From: Pelagomonas calceolata
Lineage: Eukaryota
DNA length: 64,000 bases
Assembly: GCA_918797485.1 (NCBI GenBank)
Contig: CAKKNE010000003.1
Span: 1,922,001 to 1,986,000 of the forward strand
Direction: 5' to 3'
A program made the translations under genes and the position numbers. Shown piece after piece: positions 30,631 to 41,691 of the stretch. Within the stretch, counting starts at the first letter, position 1; each line of letters opens with the position of its first letter. The notes under the pieces are model-generated. The model was not told the DNA's origin. It made no database searches and saw nothing but the letters and a program-made list of their open reading frames with translations.

Positions 30631-31674
30631 TTACACATATTCTATCCTCTCATGGTCCCACGCGTTTCCGAGGCGCGGCGACGGCGTGAGGCTCTTCGCG
30701 AGCCTCCGCAGGCACTTTGATTTGAGCACTACGGCGCGCGGTTCCAGGGCCGCGCCGAGCGATCGCGCGAGGGCGAGGGCGTCCAAAGTACCGTCCGCGC
30801 CGGAAAGGCCGCCGACGTCCACAAATACGGCATCCCAGGGGCCCTCTGCCGCGAGGCCGCCCACGCCCCAGGCGTCGCCGACCCTGAAGTCAATTGTCGG
30901 GTGTTGTCCCTTTGCCGACGCAATAATTGAGGGCCCAACGTCAACCCCCATCGCGTAGCCGCCGGGACCGACCGCCTCGGCGAGGATAGCAGTAGTGGTA
31001 CCGAAGTGGCACCCCAACTCTAGGATGCGATCTCCGGGCCGGACCACGGTCTCGATGCAGTTCCGGTACTCGCGCACGCCCCTCGCGCCGACTATCACGG
31101 GTTGCGCTTCGTAGATGCGTGTTTCGTCGAGGCTGGGCCGTTCGTCGTGCATTTGTAGTATGCGGGCGATGCGTTCCAAATCGTCTCCAGCGGCCAGTCT
31201 CCCGGCAAGTGTAGCTAGCGCTGAGGAGCGAACGAGGACTGTGGGCGGCGTTTCTTGGCGCCGCCGCAGCGCCTCGCAGAGCGCCAGCGTATCGAGCGGC
31301 AGGTCGAAGCCGAGCAGAGCCGCCGCGTCGACGACGACGCAATCGAAGCATTCGTCTGGTCGCAGGACTGCCGTGACGTCGCCAGCACGCGTCAGTGGGC
31401 GAAAGTCGGTCACCGCATCGCTCTGAAAGAGCTCTCGCCTGCTCCGCGACTCTTTGCGCGGCACGTCCACACTCACGACGCGATTCGCGAGACGGTTGAG
31501 CATCTCAATTTGACTTCCAAGCGCCAGCCCGGCACACAGCACACGGTCACCATCACTTATCAGCTGTGGAGCCACCCGTTCGAGCTCGCGCGCCGACGGT
31601 GCTGCAATTATGCCTGTCGGAGCGTGCAAAGCTGCAGCGAGGCCTAGCGCGCAAAGGAGTAGCGCATGCATCAT
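30631..31674 (-). CDS. Class I SAM-dependent methyltransferase-like protein, probably plastid-targeted
   Basis: Signal peptide; motif I ILELGCHFGTTT, GVDVG, VGDAW, DAVFVDVGG. A degenerate duplicate domain lies in the N-terminal half. Confidence 0.75.
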   Translation of the reverse strand: MMHALLLCALGLAAALHAPTGIIAAPSARELERVAPQLISDGDRVLCAGLALGSQIEMLNRLANRVVSVDVPRKESRSRRELFQSDAVTDFRPLTRAGDVTAVLRPDECFDCVVVDAAALLGFDLPLDTLALCEALRRRQETPPTVLVRSSALATLAGRLAAGDDLERIARILQMHDERPSLDETRIYEAQPVIVGARGVREYRNCIETVVRPGDRILELGCHFGTTTAILAEAVGPGGYAMGVDVGPSIIASAKGQHPTIDFRVGDAWGVGGLAAEGPWDAVFVDVGGLSGADGTLDALALARSLGAALEPRAVVLKSKCLRRLAKSLTPSPRLGNAWDHERIEYV

Positions 31675-31765
31675 GGGGCGGAAGCAGGCATCAGTACGAG
31701 TGCACGAGAGCGTCTGGGCGAGCGTTGCGCTGGTCTAGGGCCCTTTCAGCAGGCCTGGCTGCTTG

Positions 31766-31787
31766 CTAGTGTGTTACAGCCGCTAGC
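31766..31787 (-). promoter_or_regulatory. CTAG bipartite intergenic motif
   Basis: CTAGTGTGTTACAGCCGCTAGC between divergent methyltransferase and GH95. Confidence 0.65.
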
Positions 31788-31952
31788 TACGTTTTTTGTT
31801 TTTGCGGTTTTGCTGCCGACCAGCGGCTGTGTGCATAGCAGGCATGCTCAGAAGGAAGCACTGATGCTCAAGGAGGCGTAGAGTTGTGCTCACCCAGTTC
31901 TAGCCCTCTGGCAGCGGTGCTCGCAGCTAGTTCGACAGGGAGCAAAGCCGGT

Positions 31953-34900
31953 ATGAAGCGCCGCGCAAGCGACGAGCGCTCGAAGCCGGTGTCGAGGCAG
32001 CAACGCCGCCGCCGATCAGGGCGGACAGGCCGCCTGTCATGCTTCCTCGCCGTATTAGCCTGCGGCCTCGTCTGCTACCTCGTCTCGGTCCTGCACCTCT
32101 TCCGCGCGCACGCCCCGCCGCCGCGCTACGTTGGTGCCGGGACCGCGGCGAAGATGCTGAGCGGCGCGTACGACGACGAACCCAAGCCGAAGCCGAAGCC
32201 ATCGATCATCCGACCGCCGCAGCCGAAGCAACCGCAGCCGCCGGCCGACACTTGTGATACGAAAAGATGGCGCAACGACACGGATCTCAAAGGTGGCGAC
32301 CTCAAGGGCGGCATGCGCGCCGCTTCCAATCCAGCGGCGTGCTGCGCCCTGTGTCTGCGAAACAAGGACTGCGTCGCGTGGACCATGGCCGAGCACTGCT
32401 GGTTGAAGGGTGTCGTCGTGCCGATGCGGGGAGGACACAACGGCCTCGTCTCCGGCTTGATACCGAACCGCAAGCCGACGCAGCGCAAACCGCCGGCCCC
32501 GTGGGTCGGCACGACGCCGCAGGAGCGGCGAAGAGCGCGCAAGCAACCCTATGCATGCGACACGACCAGTACGGAGTTCGATGGCGAGCGCTACCTCACA
32601 GCAACAACACCGGCGCTCGACTGGTCCGAGGCCTATCCATTAGGCGACGGGTCCCTCGGGTCTTTGATTGGGGGCGAGCCGTTCGTCGGTCGAATACCTC
32701 TCGCGGAAGAGGGCCTCGTGCAGACCAGAAAATTCGTGGAGGGGCGCCACGCGGCCGAGCGCGCCCAGGGCGACAAATTACGGGCGCAGCGCAAGCAGCA
32801 AAAGAAGGAGACGGCCGAGGACCGGCTCTGGGCCGCGCGGCCCGCGACGCCGTTGCTAGCCTTTGGCGAGGCTCGCGCCGCGTTACTCGCCGGTGATAGT
32901 GTGAAGGCCCACCAATTGTCACGGTGGCTCGACGGGGGCCCCGTCGCGGCCTTCGAGGGGCTGGCGACGCTGTGGTATCTGGTTGATGTTCCCACGGTCA
33001 CAATGCCAGTCCTGCCTACACCCAAAGTCACGGGGAAGAACCGCAAACCGGCGCCGCCGAGGAAGCCTTCCCTGTCACAGATCTTCGCACACAACGGCCG
33101 GCAGAAGACCTTCGAGGGATTTGAGAGAAGCCTGGACGTGGACCAAGGTGTGTATCACAGTACTTTCGCCACAAATACGTCACAACATGCAAGGGAGGGC
33201 TGGGCGTCGCGACCCGACCGCGTCACTGTTTTAAAATTTGACTGTTCGACGACATGCGCGTTGCATTTCGGCCTTGATCGTTCTACAAGAGCGGTCCCGA
33301 AATTGTATCAGGCACCCGAGGCCGACGTTTTTGTATTAGCGAGTCCCCCATCTGTCGATGACGTGGCCTTCGCGGCGTGCGCCGTCGCCGTCGGTCCCGA
33401 ACCTATCATTCTTGATTTGCAAGAGAAGCCACTCGAGACGTACGTGTCGCGCTCAGCTTCTGATACGACGGTGTTACTCATCGCGGGCGTGACCGGAAAT
33501 GACCCCGAGAACGAGTGTTTGGACAGACTAGTCAAGGCGGCGTCGCTCGGCTATACTGAACTGAAAAGACGAAGAGACTACGACATGCAACAAACTCTGG
33601 CCAAGGCCACGCTCTCATTGCATGACACGAGGGGAGGCGACACTTTGAATAGAATAGAGCGCTTGGGCCAAGCATGCGACAATGCCACTACCATAAAAGA
33701 TCCAGGCTTGTTCGCCCTCGCCTTCAGGCACGCTAGGTACCTACTCTGGTCGTCCTCAAGGCAGGACTCCCTACCAGCGAACCTCCAGGGCGTCTGGGCC
33801 GACGGTCTACGCGCCCCTTGGAACGGCGACTACCATTTAAATATAAATCTCCAGATGACTTATTGGGCGTCGTCTTCATCTAACTTAGGTGACAGCGCTT
33901 CGGTGTTGGCGCCGTTTTTGAAGGGTCTCGTGTCCAAGGGCGAAACGACGGCCAAAGACTGGTATGGTGTAGAGAAAGGGTGGGTCGCCCACGGCTATAC
34001 GGATAGGTGGCGCGATTCAAGAGCTTTGGGCGAGAACAAGTGGGCGTTGTGTGTCACCTGCGGCGCCTGGGCGGCGTTGCAGTTAGTTGATGTTTCTGAG
34101 GACGACCCTGCATCCACCGAAAAGTTGCGGGACGCTTTGTCTGTTCTACAAGGTGTGCTGGAGTTTTTTGACGACTATGCTATTGCTATTGATGATAAAA
34201 CGGCGGCAAAATTGGGACTACCATCGGCTTGTAAATTGACGGGGCCAACCACCTCTCCCGAGAACTCCTACCGCGTGTTATTGCAGAATGCATCACTACC
34301 AGGAGCCAAGAAGAAGTTCCCCGCTCGTTATAGGTGGGGCTTCGTTACTTTATCTCCTGCCATCGATATCGCTATTCTCAAACGGGTCTGCGACGCGTAC
34401 CGTGAGCTCTGCATGAGGTCAACTTGTGACAAAGCTTACGACGTCTGCGCGGCGCTGCCGAACGGCGGCCTACCCATGGTGCGAGATAAGCTGCTCGTCG
34501 AGTATCCAACGGAAAGCGGTCAAGCTGCGGACGGCGCCCACCGCCACTTTTCGGGCCTGTGGGCCCTCTACCCCGGGCGCCAGCTCTCGCCCTTCGATGC
34601 TTCCAGGGACACGTGGGACGCGGCCGTGCGGACCCTTCACTCAAAGCTCGCGGCGGGCTCGGGCCACACGGGCTGGTCCCGGGCCTGGGCGGCTTGTTTA
34701 GCGGCGCGGAGCTTGGACGGAGCATTGGTAGAAAAGCAGCTCGTCGCTCTTGTGTCGGACTTTTTTACCGCGTCGCTCTTCGGCACGCACCCGCCCCTGA
34801 AACCGACGTACAAGGACCAGGGCTGCCAGACGTGCTTTGTCCGGGACGAGCCGCCGCCAAGGCCTTTAGTCGGTGATATTGGCATGGTCACGAAGAGTGG

Positions 34901-35255
34901 CGACGTCTTTCAGTTGGACGGCAATCTGGGACTCTTGGCGGCGATTGTCGAGGCGTTATTACAGTCGCATCGGGGTTCGTTGACAGATGTGGAGCTTCAC
35001 TTACTACCGGCGCTGCCGCCGTCGTGGCGCGAGGGGTCCGTGAACGGGTTGCGGGCGCGCGGCGGCTTCGAGGTTGATTTATCGTGGTCCGACGGCGCGC
35101 CCACGAAAGTGCGGCTGCGCGGGTCGGGGACTGTGCGGTTGCGCTGGACTGGCCCTGAATTAGTTGGGGGCGACCACGCTTCCGTTGTTGATTTGAGGGG
35201 GACGCGGGTTCAGACTGTATCGGTGCGCGGGGAGGTTGTGTTGACTGTTGTGTAA
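31953..35255 (+). CDS. Glycoside hydrolase family 95 (alpha-L-fucosidase-like) with TM anchor and PAN/Apple domain
   Basis: [75 protein letters not shown]. Confidence 0.93.
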   Translation: MKRRASDERSKPVSRQQRRRRSGRTGRLSCFLAVLACGLVCYLVSVLHLFRAHAPPPRYVGAGTAAKMLSGAYDDEPKPKPKPSIIRPPQPKQPQPPADTCDTKRWRNDTDLKGGDLKGGMRAASNPAACCALCLRNKDCVAWTMAEHCWLKGVVVPMRGGHNGLVSGLIPNRKPTQRKPPAPWVGTTPQERRRARKQPYACDTTSTEFDGERYLTATTPALDWSEAYPLGDGSLGSLIGGEPFVGRIPLAEEGLVQTRKFVEGRHAAERAQGDKLRAQRKQQKKETAEDRLWAARPATPLLAFGEARAALLAGDSVKAHQLSRWLDGGPVAAFEGLATLWYLVDVPTVTMPVLPTPKVTGKNRKPAPPRKPSLSQIFAHNGRQKTFEGFERSLDVDQGVYHSTFATNTSQHAREGWASRPDRVTVLKFDCSTTCALHFGLDRSTRAVPKLYQAPEADVFVLASPPSVDDVAFAACAVAVGPEPIILDLQEKPLETYVSRSASDTTVLLIAGVTGNDPENECLDRLVKAASLGYTELKRRRDYDMQQTLAKATLSLHDTRGGDTLNRIERLGQACDNATTIKDPGLFALAFRHARYLLWSSSRQDSLPANLQGVWADGLRAPWNGDYHLNINLQMTYWASSSSNLGDSASVLAPFLKGLVSKGETTAKDWYGVEKGWVAHGYTDRWRDSRALGENKWALCVTCGAWAALQLVDVSEDDPASTEKLRDALSVLQGVLEFFDDYAIAIDDKTAAKLGLPSACKLTGPTTSPENSYRVLLQNASLPGAKKKFPARYRWGFVTLSPAIDIAILKRVCDAYRELCMRSTCDKAYDVCAALPNGGLPMVRDKLLVEYPTESGQAADGAHRHFSGLWALYPGRQLSPFDASRDTWDAAVRTLHSKLAAGSGHTGWSRAWAACLAARSLDGALVEKQLVALVSDFFTASLFGTHPPLKPTYKDQGCQTCFVRDEPPPRPLVGDIGMVTKSGDVFQLDGNLGLLAAIVEALLQSHRGSLTDVELHLLPALPPSWREGSVNGLRARGGFEVDLSWSDGAPTKVRLRGSGTVRLRWTGPELVGGDHASVVDLRGTRVQTVSVRGEVVLTVV

Positions 35256-35275
35256 CTTGTTTGGAATTTAAGTGC

Positions 35276-35794
35276 CTACGCGTCGCCGTCCGGAGTGTTG
35301 GGCGCGGCGACCGGCTCGTCGCTCGTGTCCGAGGCGGTCGCCCGGATGCGACCATCATCCTTAATAACGTAGATCAGAGATCCATCGTCGAGCTCGACCT
35401 GGTACGGCGCGAAGACGCCGTGCTCCCAGCTCTCCTCGCAATAATGATGGCACAGCACAGTTCCTTTGTAATATTTCTCACCATCCATGCGGCATTCGAC
35501 ACGTGCCCCAATTTTGAAGCGCGGGACCGGGAGCGCATCATATAGCGACCTTCCCACACCGCGAGTGATTTCATGAGAAGGTCCGAAGACTCTCTTAGCC
35601 CGCCGCCACGTATCCTCGAGCATATCCCACCCCTCTCGATGGTCGCGGCCCATGGCCAGGCACTCGCCAAGGACCCAACGGAGCCGAAGCGTGAGTTCGT
35701 GCTCGATTCCGAGCGCGTCTGCAACATTCGGAACCAATGGACGCAAGATACGGATTATCTCGGCATAACGCCCTAACTTGCGGAGTGAAGTCAT
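35276..35794 (-). pseudogene. 5'-truncated TPR-like repeat gene with C-terminal SH3-like domain
   Basis: Starts mid-repeat (LGRYAEIIRILR...ALGIEHELTLRLRW). Ends with RFKIGARVEC...GTV...APYQVELDDG. Confidence 0.55.
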
Positions 35795-35834
35795 AAGATT
35801 ATAAGCGGTCCCGCGGGCTTCACATTCTGCCTGG

Positions 35835-36035
35835 ATGAATTCTATTTACCCGCAAGCGCAAGCGGCGCGCCGATACGTCGCAAAAATCGCGGCGGCCGGC
35901 TCCTGGGCTGCGTATGAAAAGGCGCACACCAGGGATCTCGTGCCCGTGTTCGAGAAAATATTCCCGCGGCCGCGCCTCCCGCACGAAATCGCGTCGCACG
36001 TCGTGCGTTTCTGCTTCCACACGGGCGACTACTAG
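35835..36035 (+). pseudogene. 3'-terminal relic of an ankyrin-family gene
   Basis: YVAKIAAAGSWAAYEKAH...LPHEIASHVVRFCFHTGDY aligns with the C-terminus of 49882-50691 (YLLKIDAAGGFKAYEKAH...VPPELVARFLEFSFHVGFY). Confidence 0.75.
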
Positions 36036-36052
36036 TGAGTAAAATTGCATAC

Positions 36053-37675
36053 TTAACACACAGGCAACGGCTCCGCCAAGTCCGGGTCCACGCGGTGCAG
36101 CCGCGCCGCCCCGAGCACGCGCTCCGGCAGCTCCGCCTCCGTCGTGCCCTCGACGACGAGCGCTAGATCGAGCACGAGCCCCGACGTTCCCGACCGCACC
36201 ACCGACAGGATGCGCCGCGCCGTCGCCGAGCCGCACAAATCGGCCGAGACCTCGACATATCCATTGCCTTTGGAGTACTTGAGTTCGATGGTCTCCGCCA
36301 GTTTCGCGGCTTTGGAGCCCGGCCCGACGGCGCGTCTTACCAACCAGTTGCCCTCGACGACGCGCGGGATGAGCTTGAGCCGCGCGTCCCGATACGCGTC
36401 ATCATCTGAATCAAGAAACTGTTGTAAGACGTCATGCTCTTCCTCCGGCGCCGCCCAGTACAGCGCGAAGTTGCCCCACGGCAAACAAAAGTTCAGGGCG
36501 ATGATGAGTGGAGGCGCGTCGCTCCCCACGCGCTGCGCGAAGGACTCCTTCCGCCGACACAAATTTGACTCCGGCGTGTCCGTACTGAAGAGGTCAACGC
36601 CGATCAACCGACACAAGGCGCTGTCCGACGGCTCCTTGATCCGATCCGTCAAGTAGGTCGGCCCGCGCACCCTAAACAGAGCGGCTCGGGGCTCGGACCA
36701 GCAGTGCCCGCCCACCCTAGGCCATCTAGGTAGCGTGCACGTGCCGCCGTCTTCAGTAGCCTTCTCCACGCGTTGTACTGGTACAACACCAGCACAGGCC
36801 AAGCCCGTCGCCGCGCCCGCCGCGAAGATGGCCACGACCAACCCATTCGGGACGCCGTACGCGCGGCTGACGACGCCGCACAGCACGGCGCCACATAAAG
36901 CTGCGATTCTAGGGTCCGGCAGCAGCGGCACGAGCCAGGCGACGTCGCGCTGTTGTGGTGGAGGCGGTTCCTCCGGAGGAACGTCCTCGTCGTCCTCGGT
37001 CACGAAGGCGCGAAAGTCGGGCGATGTCATAACTCGCGAGAGTAATGAATTGACGAGGGCAACGCGCCTACGCAACCGAGAGGCCAGGAACCGCCGCGGA
37101 TCTAGCGCGCGGTCCTTGGCGCACTCCTCATCTAACTGCGAGAGATCGCACTGCGTACGCAGCAGACTTCGTAATGCATTGTGACTACGTCGGACGGACC
37201 ACGGCTCGCCCCGTTCACCTTGGACGAGGATGTGGTAGGCGAACTCCAGCTGCAGATGGTGTCTCGACACGGAACAGTCATACACCGTAGCGTTCCGGAT
37301 ATCACCCGCATCCGTATTGTGAGTCGCGTCCTCCCAAACGTCGTCGTCCGGCTCGAAGCTTTCCGATGGGAGTGATGCCTTTTGGAGGGCTGTGACCCAC
37401 CTATCGCGTTCATGGAGCGAATCTAACGCTAACCACTCGTCGTAGGCGTTCGCGGCTCTCACTACTAATCCAAAAGGCTCGTCCTTGTCATCTAGAGGTG
37501 ATGCGCCGCGTACTCTGATGGCGCCCCTCGGTTTTTGATTGGCCTCCTTGTCCTCGCGGCTCTCCCAATAATCTAAGCGCGACTGGGCCGCATTCAACAC
37601 AAAATAGCGCGCGCGCCAGGCGCCGCGGTACTGGCCGCGCTTGCGGGCGGTGCCTTCGAGTACCGTGTCGGCCAT
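36053..37675 (-). CDS. PH + PX-like + TM + EDR2 C-terminal (DUF1336) protein
   Basis: PH domain (KRGQ...WRARYFVL...RDRWVTAL), WSVRRS, and FRVRGPTYL, RLKLIPRVVEGNWLVRRAVG, ELPERVLG. Confidence 0.87.
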   Translation of the reverse strand: MADTVLEGTARKRGQYRGAWRARYFVLNAAQSRLDYWESREDKEANQKPRGAIRVRGASPLDDKDEPFGLVVRAANAYDEWLALDSLHERDRWVTALQKASLPSESFEPDDDVWEDATHNTDAGDIRNATVYDCSVSRHHLQLEFAYHILVQGERGEPWSVRRSHNALRSLLRTQCDLSQLDEECAKDRALDPRRFLASRLRRRVALVNSLLSRVMTSPDFRAFVTEDDEDVPPEEPPPPQQRDVAWLVPLLPDPRIAALCGAVLCGVVSRAYGVPNGLVVAIFAAGAATGLACAGVVPVQRVEKATEDGGTCTLPRWPRVGGHCWSEPRAALFRVRGPTYLTDRIKEPSDSALCRLIGVDLFSTDTPESNLCRRKESFAQRVGSDAPPLIIALNFCLPWGNFALYWAAPEEEHDVLQQFLDSDDDAYRDARLKLIPRVVEGNWLVRRAVGPGSKAAKLAETIELKYSKGNGYVEVSADLCGSATARRILSVVRSGTSGLVLDLALVVEGTTEAELPERVLGAARLHRVDPDLAEPLPVC

Positions 37676-38103
37676 TCTTAGCGCTGCGACTGCGTTGTGC
37701 ACCCCTTGTCTCGAGCCTTAAGCCTTGTCGTACGTTGTTTGGTGCGTACGGCCACGCGAAGCCAAAAATGCGCTGCGGGGCGCACTGGGCAGGGCGGTGT
37801 TAAAGCGCCGGAAATTCGGGCCCGCCAAGTTCAAGCGCTGGCCGGTACCCGCTGGAAGGTATAAGCCGGGTACGAGGCGCCCGTTTGTGGCGTGTATGAG
37901 CGCTTTGAATAAAGTGCGTTCTCCGCACTTAGCTAGTGTATACAGACACACTAGCAATTTGAGAGCCGGCAAAAATCGGCAGCCCGGGCGTCCAGACTGC
38001 ACCGGGCAGCCCGCGGCAGCGTCAAAAACGGCCGGCGTGCCGGTCGCATTGCGCCGGCGCCGCAGCCAGGCACGCATTGGTCTGGCCTTGGAGCATCACA
38101 ACC

Positions 38104-41100
38104 ATGCTCAAATTCGCAGTGCTCGTAGCTGTCGCGCGAGCCGCCGACGCGTCCAACGCCACGAGCAGCGCATTGCTCCTCGACAAGAATGTCTGCGCCT
38201 ACGACCGAATACGCGTCAACTGGACGCTAGCGACGCCGCCGAGTGATCCGCACCTCGCTTTGTATGAGACCACACCAGTAATCGGCAACGAAGCGCCGCG
38301 GCCGCGCGCGAAGATACTTTTGACATTACCGCCGCTGCCGCCCGTCGACGCGGACCTGCCGCGGGAGCTCCACGACTTGTCTGGTGGTGTGGCCGTCGAG
38401 CCGCTGCTGACAGCCATGCGCTGGAACGCCGACAGCTGGACCATGACGTTGGAATTCGAGAAGGCGACGAACGCGCCACCTATCAAAGATGTGAGGGCCT
38501 TCGACCGCCTCATCTCGACGAACATTGAACTGCGAGCACTGACCGCGTCCTGGGAAGCGAATGGCCAGCACCTCGCTATTCATATCAACGCGCCGAACGA
38601 CGCCGACGCGGTACAAGAAGCGTTTGATTCAAGAAGCTTCTGGGCCGCGTGCGCGCCGTGGCCGCCTCCCTCACGACATCCTCCGGTCTTATCTGGTGAA
38701 GCGGTCATGCGCGTGCCCGTGGCCTCTTCATACGAAGTCGCATTAGTGAACGATGGCAGAGTGGAGTCCAATGCCGGTTCTATACTAGTGGAGGCCTGCG
38801 ACGGCACCTTCGTATCTGACATCGACCGCGTCGACGACACACTCACCGAATCAATTGATGCTGATGACGTATGGCTAGAATTACCGGGCGTCTACGCGTC
38901 GTCCGGTCAAAGGCATATCTCATTACCGCCGGAAGAATTACCGTTGCAAGCTCAGCAGGACTGGGGCCTCGAGTTCTGGATTTACATCGAGGACGCGCCG
39001 ACGGGCGCCCATAGAGGCCTGTTCTTCAAGGGCGACGTCGATAGACTGGGCGGCCAGAGAACGCCGTCGGCGTGGCTCGCCCCGGACTCGAACAAAGTGG
39101 CCCTACGCGTCTCGACGGACAAGGGCTTAGATATTGGCGCCGACACGGACACACCACTACCTGTAAAGAAGTGGACCCACCTCCAGTTCGGCTTCCACAA
39201 CTTATCCGATGCTTCTGATGTTAAATATTTATTAACGCTGGACGTGGATGGTGCTAGAGACGCGACCCTGGAAATCTTCGACCAAGTGACCTGGAACGAC
39301 GGGCCTTTGCAGCTGTTCCGGGATCCGGATCGTCGTGGCGTTCGGGGGTTCATTGCCGACATTAAGGTTAGAGCGAGGGCGCCGTCGCGCGAGCATGCGC
39401 AAAAGAACTACCAGGCTGCGGATCGCGACAAGCCCGACCTGCATCGCCCTGATGTCGAGGCCACGGACGCGTTAGTACCAATGGAGGACCCCTGGGCCGT
39501 CGCTTTAGCATCAACGGAAAACTGCGCTTCATTCAATGAGCGCCTCGCGAACTACGAGGCCGCCTCTCCCATAAACAAAGATGCTTCCAGGATCGCGGCC
39601 GAACTATTGCTGTTCGGCGCCGAGCGGCTGGCCACAGGTCCCAAGTTCTGCGAGGACGCCGACGCGCCTCCTCCCTTAACTGGGGAAGCTTTGAGGAAAG
39701 GCGTATCATATCTAGAGCGCGCCGTCGCCATGGGAGACGCGGCCGCATCGAGGATGCTCGCTTCCTTAACGCTGGCCGGCTTCGTCTCCACTGAAACGAA
39801 GGACCTGAAGGCTATTGCGCCTCCACATACGATGGGACCCGTCGTCGCTTCACGATTAGGCGACGCCGTCCACACGAACAACACGGAACGGGCCGTGCAG
39901 TTGCTCTACCAAGCGGCGATGCACGGCGACGCCAGAGCTTGTTTGGCACTATCGAACCGCTACCGATTTGGAAGGGGCACTTCCCAGTCCCAAGAAGCGG
40001 CGGCGTGGTACGCGAAATGTGCGGCTGCAATAGCGAAGGAGGAATTTCATACCCCTGGAGAACAAACTTTTGTCGAACTCAACCGCATCACGGACGAGAC
40101 CGTGGCCGATGGTTCCGTCGATGATAATCAGCGCGGCGACGAGGACGCGCAGCTGCAGGCCCAGATGCAAAGGGCGGAAGAGGGCGACATTGATGCCTGT
40201 GTGGCTTCGGGCGACTTGTTATATTGGGGAGCTAGAGGCTTCCAGCGAGACCACGTCCGTGCGCGACGGTTCTTCAAGGTGGCGGCGGATGCGGACCATG
40301 CGCATGCGAGATGTCTATATGCTTCTATGTTGCTAAGGGGCGAGGGCGGTGACACGGACCACGCCGAAGCGGTACGACAGTACGAAGTAGCCGCTTCAGC
40401 CGGTTCGGCGAAGGCGTTGAACGGTCTAGGATACGAGTACTTCTACGGCAACCACCTCCCGAAGAACTCCACGAAAGCCTACGGCTACTTCGCCGAGGCG
40501 GCGAGGCTCGACGCCGACGGGGACTCGAACTTTAATGCCGCGCACTGTTTAGCCCACGGCATCGGCGTCGAGAAGAATGTGAAAGAGGCGGCTCGATTGT
40601 ACGAAAGAGCGGCGACGCGCCACGGCCACTTCGACGCGGCGTTTGAAATTGCATTGGTGAAACACGGAGGCTCGGGTCGGACGGGCCGCGACGTGAATCG
40701 AGCAAGGGAGTTCTTCGAAGCCTGTGCGCGGGCGGGCTGGGCCGCACGCGACGTGCGCGCGGGCTTCGATGCCTATCTACGGGGGGATGCCGGCCGAGCG
40801 TTACTGTGGTACGCGGAAGCGGCGGAGACCGGCACGGACGTGGCCGCGGCGAACGCGGCCTGGCTGCTCGATCGTGATTCTGATGTCAGAGCGCTGGTCG
40901 GAAATACGATGCCCCTGGCTATCCGGTTTCATCGGTTGGCTTCTACATTAGATGGAGGCGGCGACGGCTACGCCGCGCTGGGCGACGCGGTGTTACATGG
41001 CGCGCTCGTCGTGCCGCCGGGCGTCGACGAAGGTCGAGCGGTGAGTGATGACACGATCTCCCGACTCCTGGAGACGCGCCACGCCCGGGCTTTATCTTAC

Positions 41101-41502
41101 TACTCCAGGGCCGCTCAAAAAGGCTCCGCTAGAGGTGCCTTCGCGGCGGCGCGCGTGCGCGCCCGGGGCGCGCCGGGCGTGCCGCGCGACCGGAAGTTGG
41201 CGCACAAACTGTTCGACGACGCCCTACGCGCGGACCCCGAGCGCATGCGCTGGCCGGTGTTCGCGGCGCGGGCCCAGTTGCGATGTGAAGAGTTGTGGGA
41301 CGACCTGCGCGGGTTTGCGTCGGCCTCTCCACAAAAGCGGCGTTCCCACCGCGGGAAGCTCTCGGTCGGTGTGGCGGTGCTTGTGGTCGTCGTGTCGGTC
41401 GTGCGCGCGGTGGCGTCTTCTGGCGGTGGTGCTGCCCCCGTCGTCCCGGAGGCGGTCGTGCCCCCGTCTACTACGCCTGTAGCTGTCGAGCCTGCGTCTT
41501 AA
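38104..41502 (+). CDS. SEL1-like repeat membrane protein with LamG/concanavalin-like domain
   Basis: Signal peptide, LamG-like LEFWIY...LPVKKWTHL, many Sel1 repeats (GDLLYWGARG, ALNGLGYEY, ANAAWLLD), C-terminal TM. Confidence 0.87.
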   Translation: MLKFAVLVAVARAADASNATSSALLLDKNVCAYDRIRVNWTLATPPSDPHLALYETTPVIGNEAPRPRAKILLTLPPLPPVDADLPRELHDLSGGVAVEPLLTAMRWNADSWTMTLEFEKATNAPPIKDVRAFDRLISTNIELRALTASWEANGQHLAIHINAPNDADAVQEAFDSRSFWAACAPWPPPSRHPPVLSGEAVMRVPVASSYEVALVNDGRVESNAGSILVEACDGTFVSDIDRVDDTLTESIDADDVWLELPGVYASSGQRHISLPPEELPLQAQQDWGLEFWIYIEDAPTGAHRGLFFKGDVDRLGGQRTPSAWLAPDSNKVALRVSTDKGLDIGADTDTPLPVKKWTHLQFGFHNLSDASDVKYLLTLDVDGARDATLEIFDQVTWNDGPLQLFRDPDRRGVRGFIADIKVRARAPSREHAQKNYQAADRDKPDLHRPDVEATDALVPMEDPWAVALASTENCASFNERLANYEAASPINKDASRIAAELLLFGAERLATGPKFCEDADAPPPLTGEALRKGVSYLERAVAMGDAAASRMLASLTLAGFVSTETKDLKAIAPPHTMGPVVASRLGDAVHTNNTERAVQLLYQAAMHGDARACLALSNRYRFGRGTSQSQEAAAWYAKCAAAIAKEEFHTPGEQTFVELNRITDETVADGSVDDNQRGDEDAQLQAQMQRAEEGDIDACVASGDLLYWGARGFQRDHVRARRFFKVAADADHAHARCLYASMLLRGEGGDTDHAEAVRQYEVAASAGSAKALNGLGYEYFYGNHLPKNSTKAYGYFAEAARLDADGDSNFNAAHCLAHGIGVEKNVKEAARLYERAATRHGHFDAAFEIALVKHGGSGRTGRDVNRAREFFEACARAGWAARDVRAGFDAYLRGDAGRALLWYAEAAETGTDVAAANAAWLLDRDSDVRALVGNTMPLAIRFHRLASTLDGGGDGYAALGDAVLHGALVVPPGVDEGRAVSDDTISRLLETRHARALSYYSRAAQKGSARGAFAAARVRARGAPGVPRDRKLAHKLFDDALRADPERMRWPVFAARAQLRCEELWDDLRGFASASPQKRRSHRGKLSVGVAVLVVVVSVVRAVASSGGGAAPVVPEAVVPPSTTPVAVEPAS

Positions 41503-41691
41503 CTACTTGTTGTCTGTGTCGTCGAGGCTCTAGCTTGGGAAACCCGTTTTGACCCTGGCACCACACTTTTTGTGGCCCGCGCGAGTCCTCTACGCGTGCG
41601 CTGGGGCAACGGACCTCCTTCGTCGTGTTCCTCGTGTGCTATAGTGGCTCCGTGCCGAATCCGAACGGTCGTGGGCCCACACACAAAAAGC

